Assembly (NCBI GenBank): GCA_002269645.1
Contig: NIVC01001100.1
Coordinates: 186,001-250,000, forward strand
Reading direction: 5' to 3'
Length of the DNA stretch: 64,000 nt
Source of the DNA: Macrostomum lignano
Lineage: Eukaryota
The notes beneath the pieces were generated by a model. That model had not been told where the DNA came from. It ran no database searches and was given only the letters and a program-made list of their open reading frames with translations. The position numbers and the translations under genes are program-made. This document shows, in pieces, positions 24,701 through 50,084 of the stretch; the first letter of the stretch is position 1; the number at the start of each line of letters is the position of its first letter.

Positions 24701-27228
24701 CGCAAAGTTCATCTTACCGGCGCCAACGCTTACCGCAAGCGGCTGTTTCAAGCAAATCACGCTCGAGCCGGCTTCCGTGACGTGCGATTGGAGGCCGAAA
24801 TATGACAACTCCGGCTGCTACTACGAGACAAGTTACCAAGCCAGTAGCGCAAAGTTCATCTTACCGGCGCCAACGCTTACCGCAAGCGGCTGTTTCAAGC
24901 AAATCACGCTCGAGCCGGCTTCCGTGACGTGCGATTGGAGGCCGAAATATGACAACTCCGGCTGCTACTACGAGACAAGTTACCAAGCCAGTAGCGCAAA
25001 GTTCATCTTACCGGCGCCAACGCTTACTGCAAGCGGCTGTTTCAAGCAAATCACGCTCGAGCCGGCTTCCGTGACGTGCGATTGGAGGCCGAAATATGAC
25101 AACTCCGGCTGCTACTACGAGACAAGTTACCAAGCCAGTAGCGCAAAGTTCATCTTACCGGCGCCAACGCTTACCGCAAGCGGCTGTTTCAAGCAAATCA
25201 CGCTCGAGCCGGCTTCCGTGACGTGCGATTGGAGGCCGAAATATGACAACTCCGGCTGCTACTACGAGACAAGTTACCAAGCCAGTAGCGCAAAGTTCAT
25301 CTTACCGGCGCCAACGCTTACTGCAAGCGGCTGTTTCAAGCAAATCACGCTCGAGCCGGCTTCCGTGACGTGCGATTGGAGGCCGAAATATGACAACTCC
25401 GGCTGCTACTACGAGACAAGTTACCAAGCCAGTAGCGCAAAGTTCATCTTACCGGCGCCAACGCTTACCGCAAGCGGCTGTTTCAAGCAAATCACGCTCG
25501 AGCCGGCTTCCGTGACGTGCGATTGGAGGCCGAAATATGACAACTCCGGCTGCTACTACGAGACAAGTTACCAAGCCAGTAGCGCAAAGTTCATCTTACC
25601 GGCGCCAACGCTTACTGCAAGCGGCTGTTTCAAGCAATCATCTTACCAAAGCTCTGCTGCTATATTTGTGCCAAAAGTCGATGTAACTGCGTCGGGCTGC
25701 CTTAAAGAGCTTTCATTTGATAATTCGTCGGTGACAGCGACCGCAAATGTGACAGTCGCTGCCTCTGGATTCTTTAGTGAGTCCTCTTTCTCATCTTCGG
25801 TCGTCAAATTTACTGATGTTTCAACAAAAGTTTCTGCTTCTGGTTGCTTCCATGAAGAATCCTCTAAGTCTGAGATGGCTTCAAGTGGATGTTTCAAGGA
25901 AATTCAGAGGAGCACATCGTCTGCAAGATTTCTCTTCCAACTGCCAACTACGGCATCCGGAACGTTCAACGAGCGAGTCGCTGTTGAAGAGTTAAAAATA
26001 AGCACACCGCCTTCTATGCCAGTCGTACGAAGCATGCCAATCGTTGATTCGGGCTGCGAGTTCGTTGGATCGACTGCTGAACTCATTTCAGAAAGTCGCG
26101 CTGACGAAAGACAAGTTCAGCAGCAGCACAGTAGCAGCATGTAAGTTTCGTGGATTATGGGTTCCTATTGAATACTTCAATTCTAAGTTTCTTTTTCGTT
26201 TCCGAACGTTCCTCACAACACGCGAGATTTTGCATTTTAGATATGCACTAAGCGTCGGTCAGAGCAGTTCTGCCAGTAGGGCGACCAGGACCTCCGAGGC
26301 GCAGACTGATTTGAACTACAAGTCCGCATTGTGGAACATGTTTGTATTGAAGAACGGTCGCGTTGACGTCAACCTCTCCTTCATAGTTTCGTATTTCGGA
26401 GTCGAAGCTTTCGCTCGCGAGTACATGTTACTTCGCGAATTTCGAAACGTTGCAACGCAAGTTGGCGAAGGAGGGGAAGTCGGATTCGCGACGGCGTCAT
26501 CCAGAAGCGCCAATCTCATTCAGAGCAGGTCGTTTGAGTCGCAGTCGAGTGCTTCTCGTGTCTATGGATCTGGTGTTGTCAACATTGGTGGATCTAGCGG
26601 TGGGATGTTAGACCTTTCTGATACGAACACCAGCAGGATCTCGACTATCCAGAGACAGTCATCCGGAACATCTGGAGTCGTGAGGATTAATGGAAGCAAC
26701 GAGTTTACGTCATTTGGCTCACGAACAGAATCGGTTCCTGGTGGTATCCAGGGAGTTGCATCTGGAGATACTAGATCAAGTGTAGTCAGCATTGGCGGAT
26801 CAGACGGTGAAATGTTGGACCTGTCCAGTTCGTTCGCCACCAGGCTTCCATCAGTCCAGAGACAAATAGAATTTAATAATTTTTCTGGTGCACATGCCGA
26901 TGTTTCCGACCTGTCCGGTGTGATCAGTTCTGCAAGCGGTACGTCTGCTATTCAGCGGCAGTCGTCAGGCCGTTCAGGTGAAAGGATCGTGACGCAGAGC
27001 AGCGGCAGCGGCATCGTCAATATGTCTGAGACGGTCAGCTCCGGTTCGCGAGGCTTCGCAGTGTCTGGGGACGGCCTGTCCAGCGTTTACCGATCGGTCT
27101 CTGGAATCGACGGCTCTGATGGCAGTGTGCAGGCAGCCCTGGCCTCCATGGTGAGCGTAGGCGAAAGTAACAGCGGCATTACTCGACTCTCCACCCTGGA
27201 GGGTCGCATGCTGAACCTGTCCGACTAG
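3767..27228 (+). CDS. Plakin-family cytolinker (spectrin repeats plus SH3 plakin domain) with giant tandem-repeat exon and Ser/Gly-rich tail; 5'-incomplete, about 2780 aa in window
   Basis: Phase-consistent GT-AG exons: 3767-4153, 15553-15777, 15852-15998, 17238-17392, 17586-17694, 17847-17969, 18219-18361, 19976-20075, 20160-26140, 26241-27228. TWSWVSQL..LH...Y.AF matches the plakin QWSWILQ..HL...Y.QFF motif. RSRAVVPL followed by VIDNSQ..W.V...G.E.EVPS.C.WLPP matches the plakin SH3. Three 1-bp deletions interrupt the repeat exon. Confidence 0.85.
4630..4915. repeat. Degenerate (AGATAGCAAGCATCCC)-type short tandem repeats inside Helitron A
   Basis: Recurrent TAGCAAGCATCC motif. Confidence 0.8.
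5030..7578. repeat. 24-bp satellite (AATCCTTGGTTTATCAAGTGCAAT)n, about 105 units
   Basis: Direct tandem array; source of the LHLINQGL/SSAIILGL ORFs. Confidence 0.97.
7651..7713 (-). other. tRNA-like (A-box/B-box) segment inside the Helitron 5' arm; homologues at 14416-14474 and about 59640-59705
   Basis: Minus strand GAGAGCTAGCCTAGAG...GACTGCTAA...GGTTCGAATC followed by a T-run; T-stem incomplete, so not an intact tRNA. Confidence 0.5.
8537..8955. repeat. Interstitial (CCCTAA)n telomere-like tracts (8537-8622 degenerate; 8884-8955 near-perfect)
   Basis: CCCTAACCCTAACCCTAA runs within Helitron B. Confidence 0.85.
9830..14365. repeat. 22-23-bp satellite (CATGACGCTTCTATGATT(G/T)TTTA)n, about 200 units
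   Basis: Direct tandem array; short copies also at 8395-8470 and a decayed array at 58960-59583. Confidence 0.97.
16476..16746. repeat. 55-bp intronic minisatellite, about 5 copies
   Basis: Units start at 16476, 16531, 16586, 16641, 16696 (CTACTTATCTATACTGG...TCTCTAGAT). Confidence 0.95.
18485..19605 (-). mobile_element. Solo LTR (TGTTGTG...GTACAACA), interrupted by a MITE
   Basis: Same termini as the LTR at 35616-36484; ATTGG, GC-rich boxes and a TATTTAA element inside; flanks GTTG/GTTA (3 of 4 match). Confidence 0.6.
18494..18961. mobile_element. 468-bp MITE with about 130-bp TIRs (CATGGATGAAGGAATAG...), P- or hAT-like
   Basis: 8-bp TSD GTTGTACC at 18486-18493 and 18962-18969; inverted arms 18494-18625 and 18835-18961. 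Confidence 0.85.
21210..25637 (+). repeat. Coding tandem repeat: 30 x 147 bp (49 aa, ASGCFKQITLEPASVTCDWRPKYDNSGCYYETSYQASSAKFILPAPTLT)
   Basis: 25617 minus 21210 = 4407 = 30x147 minus 3; lies within exon 20160-26140. Confidence 0.97.
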
Positions 27229-28620
27229 ACACCTGTGCTGGAGACGTGGGCCCGTTTTTTAATGGACTGAAACAATGATGAACCCGTTCGTACAGTAGTT
27301 GCTTCTTACCCTTCTAACCTACGCTAGCTAGTAGAAGTAGATTATTCCGAAAGTTCTATAACTTATTAGATTCAACTTATTTGATCCGCTAATGATTTTT
27401 ACCGGGGTTCCGAGTGCTCAATACCTGATAGTGTGCATCACAGCGCGGAAATGAATTCGATATTTATTTCCGAGGTCTACGAGGTCTCGTAAAAACGAGT
27501 TTCTTGAGGCCATCTTGTGATTCAACAGCTGAGAAGCAGCGCTTCGCTTATAATGTTGTTTCGGCCGTTTGAACAAAAGTAATTGAAGGTGTAAAGTTAA
27601 GAAACTATTTTTAATTTTAAAAGGGTTTTATGTCAAAGGGAAAAATGACTTGCATTCTTGAATTTACGAAATCTAAGCTTTGCTCAACGGCTCACGCCCA
27701 TCTGAAGTTACTCCGTAAAAAAGCGCCTGAAGCTGCGCTTCTATGGCGACCTGGCCATGATCAATTAGATATTTTTTCTGTCATTCAGAAACAGTAGAAT
27801 TCTAACACACCATATTTATTACTCACTATACTGAGTAGCTACCCATCGAATAAGAGTTTACATTTCTAAATTTCTAAAATTATTAACACGTACCCATTAG
27901 GCCAAATTTCGTTTTAACTACAAAGTAGCTGTATATTTTTAAAAAGGCACTATAAAGTATCTTTTTTTATAGACGAAATACACTGCAGATTTTCCTATAA
28001 CAGCTATTTTCCCTCACTATTAATAAAAAACTATTGATAATAAAGAAAATAAGAATTTTATGGTTGCTTTTTTGCATATTGTGAAAGCAATCTTAGCTAA
28101 TAGATTGAAATTTTTTAGTTAAAAACAATGTAGATAATGCATTGAAACCAGCGGACCAGCTTGATTGATTTAATGGTCTGTTGCTGGTGGGCATAGCTGC
28201 AAATATAGGTTTAACGCCACAGTAATAATCTATTGAGCATAAAAGGTAACTAATCAATAATTATAAGTTTTAGCGGTAATTAATTGGGCGACTTAAAAAT
28301 CAGTCTAAATTCAAACATTTCCGTTCGTGCCGGAGGACTACTTTAATTAATACGACAGACTGGCAAAGTTGGTTCAAAGTTGAGATTCCGCCTTCAAAGT
28401 GACTTTCAGGCTTATCAACGAACTGCTATCAACAGAAGCCGGTGCTGCTGTGCTTACTATCTATAAGTCGAAAGCCGGCCAATTTGTGCTGACAGATTTT
28501 GCGCAATGACCAGTTCGTGTGGCGCTTATCGGCGCTGGAATTTGACTGCGATATATAATTAGCCAAGTGCTGAGTGAATCCAGTATTCTTGGCAAACTCT
28601 TTTTTTGCTTCTCAGTCCTC

Positions 28621-31600
28621 ATGTCGTCGCTGTCAAAGAAGAGCGCCTACAATAGCCCGGGCGAGAGGGAGCGGCACCGAAGAGAACTGTCTTCTCTGCT
28701 AGACATTGCTGGCGTGGAATACCGGTTCGTGCTGTTTCGCGGCGTTCCCGTGTGCCCTTTTCCCGGAGTAAAGAGGCGCGTGCAGGTAACCGAATGTTTT
28801 TCAGATTGATGCCAACATGCCGCGTCGTCTGCCCCCAGTCTAGTGAAAATGGCGTGTCGTGTACCGTATTTTACTTATAAGACACATTTTATCATAGACA
28901 GGATGGATGTACACAACCTGGCGCACTTTAAGCGACATTGTCACACAACCGGCGAGAGGCATTGCTGCCCATTCCGCCGACTCCCCTGAGCAGGCGCACA
29001 AGCGCGCGGATACGTACGCAGTCATACGCACAGGCACACACTCACACAGGATTGTACATCGGCCCTAACTTTATTTATCGTTAGGCATGTACACTTCACT
29101 GTGCATTGGGGGTTGGCTTTCAAGGGCGTTAACTGCACGAGCAGAGCCAAGCCGAGATTCCAATTTAGTCCCAAATTAAGAGTTTTAGGCCTAAGATTTT
29201 AGGCCTAAGATGAACATGCAATGACAGCGTGATTCTGATAGCTATTGTGCCTAAATGTAGGAGATGCAGATATCCATCAGACTCACAGGTTTGGAGTGAG
29301 GCTCTTGGGTTTTGGGTGAGACTCTTAGGTTTGCAGTTATTGATTTTTCAGTAAGACTCATAGCTTTGCAAATTTTGTTAAAAGTCAAAACTGACCTTGA
29401 CTTTGTAGTGCATATTCTTTTTGATTAAACAACTTTGCAGACCTACTGGGATAGCTTCCGGCCGAGACAGTCAGATGTGTGGGTGTGCACGTTCGTCAAG
29501 TCCGGCACACACTGGGTGAACGAAATAGCTCACATGCTGCTCAGGGTAAGCACCAGGTCCGCGTGTCGTGTGAATTTTACTGGGTAAAAGCGTCCTTCTA
29601 TTTTAGCTGTCCATGTCTGATGCTCCTCTGAACTGAACTCACTATTCAGGGCAGCACGGAGGCACCCAAAGCCAAGGAGGAGTTCATGCTGGAACGAGTC
29701 GACTGCCAATTGCTGCAGAATCTGCCCAGCCCGAGGCTGATGAACACACACCTACACTGCAGCCAGCTGCCCGAGCAGATCCTCTCCGCCAGGAAAGGAA
29801 AGATCATCTTCGTCACCAGAGACGTCCGCGATGTGGCCGTTTCTTTGTTCCACCACCAGCGAACCCGAGCTGCTGACAACCTGACTCGATACGACACTAC
29901 CTGGCAGGCCCATCTCGACACATTCTGCAAGGGACTTTCGCAAAACGGCTCCTGGTTTGATTACATCAAGGTTTGCCAATACTGGTTGTTACCGCACGTA
30001 TGCTTAGGATCAGATTTGTGCGTTCTACAAGAAATTTGTCTGGAAAAGTGAGTCTAGGACCGGTTTCTGAGTTCGTTTCCATACGAAGTTCGGAACCCTT
30101 GTGCACTAAAATTGGCCCAGGACTTCTAGTGCGATTCGCACCACAGAGTGTACATGTGCACACACCCCTGAGTGTGTACCTCCATTGGTATGCGTGAGCG
30201 TGCTCAGGTGTCAACGGAATGGGCTTGGCATGACTGACTGACTTTCTGTGGAAATGACCTATGATGTACGTTTGGGACTCTCACTACTGTGCCTCTGTTT
30301 ATGATCTCTAGTACCAGTATTAGAGCCAAATAACTGAGTCATTTGACTTCTCCTGATGATACAATCACAAGGGTCTTTCTAATGTGGAGACGTTTCCGTT
30401 AAGCATTACGGTCCTGCTTCCTAATGGCTGAGACTGAGGTTCAGCAGTTCATTGGTTGGTAATGCATTCAAAACTGGATAGAATTTTTATTAGAGGCAGG
30501 GGGTTGTGTGCACCCTGGCGCACTTTAAGCGACATAGGCACACAACCGGCGAGAGGCATTACTGCCCATTCCGCCGACTTCCCTGAGCAGGCATACAAGC
30601 GCGCGGATACGTACGCAGGCACACACTCACTCAGGAGTGTACAGCGGCCCTAACTTTATATTATCGTTAGGCATGTACACTTCACTGCGCCTTGGGGGGT
30701 TGGCTCTCAAGGCCGTTAATTGCACGAGCAGAGCCAAGCCGAGATTCCAATTCAGCCCCAAATTAATGTGACTGCACTTGGAATCGAGCCTGGGTCGCTG
30801 GCACACCAGAGCCTGCGCTAGACCGCTGGGCTACGGCCCCCCAAAACTGCATTCAAAACTGGATAGAAACTTCAGGGCCGAAAAAATAGATCACTACAGT
30901 GTGACACCAGGTTTCACCAAAAGGAAAGTAAGCATTGCTTTTAGTTAAGTTGCCGACACCAACATCAACTCTCAACTTTGAAGGGTTGGCACGAAGGATG
31001 TCTCAAACAACAGCCAGACAATGTGCTGCACCTCACTTACGAAGGCATGCTGGCCGACCATCGAGGAGCCATCGACAGTTTGGCCAGCTTCCTCCTGACC
31101 CCGGAGCAGCGCTGCCGGCTCGACGAGGCCTTCATGAAACGGGTGCAACAGCTCACCGAGTTTGAGCACATGCGCCAAGCTCACTCTGGCAAGACGGCAA
31201 TAGAGATCTATCGGAATGGGAAGGTGGTTAACATGTCTAATCCTAGCTTACATAGGATTTTAAGAAATTCAAAGTTGAGTAGAAAATTCGGAAAACTTCT
31301 AAAACTCCATCATCTCTAGATTTATTGACCCGTCTTCCATCATCTCTAGATTCCTTGACACCGTCTCCCAGTCCCATCATCTCTAGATTCCTTGACACCG
31401 TTTCCCAGTCCCATCATCTCTAGATTCCTTGACACCGTCACCCATCATCTCTAGATTCCTTGACACCGTCACCCATAATCTCTAGATTCCTTGACACCGT
31501 CTCCCAGTCCATCATCTCTAGATTCCTTGACACCGTCACCCATCATCTCTAGATTCCTTGACACCGTCACCCATAATCTCTAGATTCCTTGACACCGTCT

Positions 31601-32163
31601 CCCAGTCCCATCATCTCTAGATTCCTTGACACCGTCACCCATCATCTCTAGATTCCTTGACACCGTCTCCCAGTCCCATCATCTCTAGATTCCTTGACAC
31701 CTTCTCCCATCATCTCTAGATTCCTTGACACCGTCTCCCATCATCTCTAGATTCCTTGACACCGTCTCCCATCATCTCTAGATTCCTTGACACCGTCTAC
31801 CATCATCTCTAGACTCCTTGACACCGTCTCCCATCATCTCTAGACTCATTGACACCGCTCCCATCATCTCTAGACTCATTGACACCGTCTCCTATCATCT
31901 CTAGACTGCTTGACAGCATGAATCGTTGGCGAAAGCAATCAAATTGTGTTACAAATTTTCTCAAGTAATGTTCGAGTATCTTCTCAACCGAATCCCCCAT
32001 CAAGTTTTAAGAAAGTTCGAATCAATATTTTTAGACCGGCAGCTGGCGAGGCCAGTTCTCCGAGCTGGACTTGTTCGACCTTCGCGCCAGGCTGTTCGAC
32101 CCGCTCAGCCCTGAGGACCAGAGCCTGTTTCTGCACTACTCAAGCATGACCAGCTGGGCCTGA
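28621..32163 (+). CDS. Cytosolic PAPS-dependent sulfotransferase (SULT family), 5 exons, about 319 aa
   Basis: Exons 28621-28785, 29441-29545, 29650-29970, 30984-31223, 32035-32163, all phase 0. Motifs: DVWVCTFVKSGTHW (5'-PSB), NTH, TRDVRDVAVS (3'-PB), GSWFDY, YE, RNGKTGSW (RKG..GDW). Confidence 0.92.
28915..29172 (-). mobile_element. 5'-truncated copy of the SINE at 30484-30847
   Basis: Colinear homology with 30515-30760; lacks the tRNA head. Confidence 0.75.
30484..30847 (-). mobile_element. Full-length tRNA-derived SINE
   Basis: Minus-strand head GGGGCCGTAGCCCAGCGG...GGCTCGATTCC (A/B boxes), TAATAAAAA tail, 21-bp TSD TGCATTCAAAACTGGATAGAA at 30463-30483 and 30848-30868. Confidence 0.9.
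31308..31912. repeat. 30-37-bp minisatellite (CATCATCTCTAGATTCCTTGACACCGTCTCC)n
   Basis: Direct tandem array in SULT intron 4; same family as 40735-41485. Confidence 0.95.
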
Positions 32164-33378
32164 GGGATTTCTCTCGTTTGCGAATGATTTTCGCAACTCA
32201 CTACTAAGCAGTAATTATTGGTACCTCAGTGTGTTGTGCTGCTTCTTACATTAGTTAAGAATATTAGCTATGGCTAACAATAACTCCGTCGTCATTTTAT
32301 TTGAGTAAAATCTGCCCGGTAGTTTTGTTAATTCTTGTTAAAAAGTTAATAAAATTTTCAATTCAAAAAGTCAAAAAGTTAAAAACACAATTTTTAATGC
32401 ATTGTGCAGCAATACTAACAAACTCGAAGCAGAATGGAAAATAGTGCACTGATTGTTGCTATAGCAACGTCAATTCTAAGTAGAATCAACTTTATTGAAA
32501 TCTGAGCATGCCAGAATGCAACTTCATGCCAGAGGTTGTGAAGCCAGTTCCAAACCTACATTTTTACGGCCGCTTGGGGACAAAAATTCTACAAAAAAAA
32601 TGTCTTGTCCAATATACCAATGAGCAAGGAAATTTTATATCAACAAATCTAACAGGCTCAGCCTTGTGTAACAGCGGTACTGACCCTACTTGGCAGCGTG
32701 CCAACTACAGAGTAATTTCAAAAGCAACAACATGGAGCACTGGCGCCATGGACAACTAAAGTAAAATGACTGCATCACAAGTTGTTCTATTCTAGTTGAG
32801 TTTTGATAAAAAAATGATTGAAAACCTGCGAAATACGAGTATAAAGCGTGTGTTGATGGAGACAGTTGATGGGAGCATTGCTTGACCTGCCTGTCTTCGG
32901 TAGTGTTTCTAGAATATCATATGGATAGCCCATCGAGAAAACGCCTGCTTGCCTTTTGCTGAGGGGAATTGCTGAGATGCCAATGCTCAAGAGGCTTTGA
33001 TTCCAAGTCTCACAGGAGATGCTGATATCTTAGGCTAGATAGCTGGCTTTCAGGGCTGATTTTTTGCCTTAAACATCATTTTTTCTTGGGATACTAACCA
33101 TAGCGACTGTGCAAGGTCAAAAGTTACATCCCAACGAAGAAATTCCTAATCAACTATTGCATTTGCAGCGAGAACCGGTCCTCCTGTGATTTGCGAGAGA
33201 GTGCAGAATCCTTCGACTTGAGCTGTTCACGGGTGCGAGACCTAATAAAAACAAGTCCAACTCACAACAAAAACAATGTTTTGCTTTGTCAATCAATCAA
33301 TAGCCCTGTGGTCTGCCAGGGTAGAAAAATTACAGCCGTCAAACACGCATCTCGGGTAGAGAAAAAAACTCGCAATTG

Positions 33379-47177
<13,799 letters not shown>

Positions 47178-48338
47178 TCCGCCTGCATCTGCCACAAGAG
47201 GTTGGCAAATCTGCGAAATAACCAACTTATTATATAGAAGGTTGCCGTCCGCGCTAGAGTGGCTCCACTTTTCCAGCCTCGGAGAAAAAAGCGTTTATAT
47301 ATGACCAGTTCAAACTGGAAATTACAGACTGGGAACAGCGGAGAAGCAATTTGGAGGCCCGAGCTCATTCTTTTTATCCCTCTACTCCCCTCTGCTGCTC
47401 CTGGGGAATGAGCGAAATTCGAAACTGGAAAGCTTCCTTTCGTCTTCTTTTGCTGGACTAAAAAGGGGCATCGCGACTTCTCTCAGCCTTCCTGGGTTCA
47501 CCGGACACCGCCGCAGGTGCATGCTCGGTCACGCGCCTTTGAATGTCTGTCCTCTCATTAGTTTCTGCCCTGCAGGTCCAGTGGCGCCTCACTGCCGCGG
47601 CTCCTCTTTGACAGACTTTTTATCAAGCAGAAAATCGTACGGCTATTGCAGTTTTCGACACCCAATTTCTATAGAAATCTTTCCTGTCTTTTGCGCCACG
47701 CTTTCCGTTTGAGGCGAGATAAACAGGACCGGTCCAGAGACCCGTGATTAGCATGCTTACTGTTATTTTCTTCTCTGATGCGGCAAACTGCCGATCCACA
47801 CTTTGCTGTTCTCACTTCTCCCCTATCCCCCGTCTCCCCCTCTTATCTACCCTCTCCTCCATCTTCGAACTCTGCAATCAAGTGGCCATTTAATGCTAAT
47901 TTAAAGATAATTCAATAAAATCTTTAAATTAATTCCCTTTTTCCTTGGGTTAATCTGAAATGCAGTGGTTCGCGCCAATCAGAGGTTATCTTCCAGCGTG
48001 GCACTTTGGCAATTCCCTTCCACTCTGGAGGCAAGAGCTAGGCTATTTTTAGCTCAAGCGACGAAGCCAGCCCGGCAGCGGTCTGAAAGATCTATTTTTA
48101 GCAACAGAGCATTACCAAAGCTTTAACAAAGTCTTCCACGCTGGCAATATTGCAAAAGCTCACGGCGGCATGGCGGGTTACGCGTTGGAGGAAACTGTGC
48201 AGGAGGAGTAGGCCAACCCCAGAGAGCACGAACAGCATAAATAGGACCAGCCTCCCAAGTTTGAAGGGAGCAAGAACAAGCCGCCAAAGCTAACAAGCCT
48301 TTTAAGCCTTTAAGCAGTAAAAACTACAATTCGAAGTT

Positions 48339-48896
48339 ATGGGCGTCTGGCTATCAAAACTGCTGGAGAATTTCGCCGACGGCCCGCCGGCCCGGGTGCT
48401 GATGCTGGGCCTAGACGCGGCAGGCAAGACCACCATCCTGTACAAGGTGAAGCTCAACGAGACGGTCACCACAATTCCCACAATCGGCTTCAACGTTGAA
48501 GAGGTCAGGCCCTGCAAAGGCGTCAGCTTCACTGTCTGGGACGTCGGCGGCCAGGAACGGATCCGCGCCCTGTGGCGGCACTACTACCAGAACTCTGAAG
48601 GCCTGCTGTTCATCGTCGACTCCGCCGATCGCGAGAGATTCGCCGAGGCCCGCCAGGAGCTCCTGGGCGTGCTGGAGGCGGACGAGATGCGCCGAGTCCC
48701 TGTGGTGGTGGTCGCCAACAAGCAGGACCTGCCGCATGCCGTCAGCGTGTCGGAGCTGGCCGGAGCTCTGGGGCTACACAAGCTGACTGGCCGGCAGTGG
48801 CACATCCAGGGCGCCACGGCCACGACAGGCGACGGCATCTACGAATCCATGCATGAGCTCAGCCGGCTGGTCAAGGAGTTCCGGCGAACTCGCTGA
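48339..48896 (+). CDS. ADP-ribosylation factor family small GTPase, intronless, 185 aa
   Basis: MG start (myristoylation Gly2), [35 protein letters not shown]. Subfamily not assignable by eye. Confidence 0.95.
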   Translation: MGVWLSKLLENFADGPPARVLMLGLDAAGKTTILYKVKLNETVTTIPTIGFNVEEVRPCKGVSFTVWDVGGQERIRALWRHYYQNSEGLLFIVDSADRERFAEARQELLGVLEADEMRRVPVVVVANKQDLPHAVSVSELAGALGLHKLTGRQWHIQGATATTGDGIYESMHELSRLVKEFRRTR

Positions 48897-49301
48897 TTTG
48901 CATAATTGCATAGTGAACCTGCATAATAACTATATTATATTGCCTATTAACCAGGATTAATAATACCCGCCCTCTGTACAATGCCTCATTTTTAATGAAC
49001 AAAAAAAATCTATATAATTCGTAAAAATGATCAAATTTATAATTAATTAACGAAGCAATTGTAGTCGGGCATCATAGTTTAAGGGTCTGAGGTCGATTTG
49101 CCTTAACGCTACTGTTAGTAGTTTACGGAAATGTTAGTAAGATGTTTAGCCTGGAGTGGAGGTAATTAAGATTAGTGGTTAGCGGAATGGGCGACCCTCG
49201 CCTCCCCGCTGTGTCTACGTACCACCCTGCAGCTAAGTCAAGTAAGAGCTGTAAACATGGAGTCTGATAATAATAATAATAATATTCATAATAATAATAA
49301 T

Positions 49302-49592
49302 TGATTTCACCCGCCCTAATGGCCAGATGTGCAACCGACAGCTCAGCCGCAGCTATTGCGCGGCGCATCTGAAGGCTGCGTACGGCTGTTCAGTCCAAGG
49401 ACTGGGGGGTCGCCACACACAGCCTCAATTACCCCAGCTAATGCTGGCACCCATTTTACAGCTGAGTGAACTGAAGCAATGCAGAGTTCAGTGTCTCTTG
49501 CTCAAGGACACAAATTGTTCCGAGTGGGGTCGAGAATCGAACCCCCGACCTTTAAGTCGTGAATCCGACGCTCTGACCACTAGACTGCAACC
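49302..49592 (-). mobile_element. tRNA-derived SINE with conserved central domain and (ATT)n tail
   Basis: Minus strand GTCTAGTGGTCAGAGCG...GGTTCGATTC head, GTGTCCTTGAGCAAGA...CAGCTGTAAAATGGGT core; (TAA)n on the plus strand at 49268-49301. Confidence 0.85.
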
Positions 49593-50084
49593 TAGTCTAG
49601 CAAATATTTAACTTAATAATAATTAACAAGACATTTTGGAACCTGTGTACGAACTCTTTCACACCATACAAAGATGGTTTTCAGAATCTGCTTGTATTCC
49701 TTATCTTACGTTCCGCATAGCAACTAATGTATATTTAACTGTTTTCAAATACTAGATCGATTAATCACATATTACATGAAGCAAATAGAAATACAGCAAG
49801 TGTACATAAGCATAATTACAAAAGTACATTAGTATAATAAATATGATCAGTCTCATAATTTATATAGTACTTTTTTCGTGTATTTTTCATTAAGCGAAAG
49901 ACTCTCGGTGGGTTGGATTTTTCAAAGCAAGAATGAATTTAATGGGCGGAGAATCACACAAAGCATTCGCGATGATCAAACTCTATGAATGAAATCGAAT
50001 CAAATATATTCATTTTTGTGATGAGCAAAAATGTTACAGATGGCAACTTCTCTAATACTGCAGTTTGTAGACAGTAGATTTTGA

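Noticed and set aside
26044-26240. First 65 aa of the 394-aa ORF
   Set aside because: Overlaps the end of the giant exon in another frame and intron 26141-26240; real coding resumes at 26241.
30770-30840. tRNA gene (also 49520-49592)
   Set aside because: These are SINE heads attached to SINE bodies and tails; cloverleaf incomplete.
32500-33200. Short ORFs between the SULT and GPCR ends
   Set aside because: No recognisable motifs or splice support.
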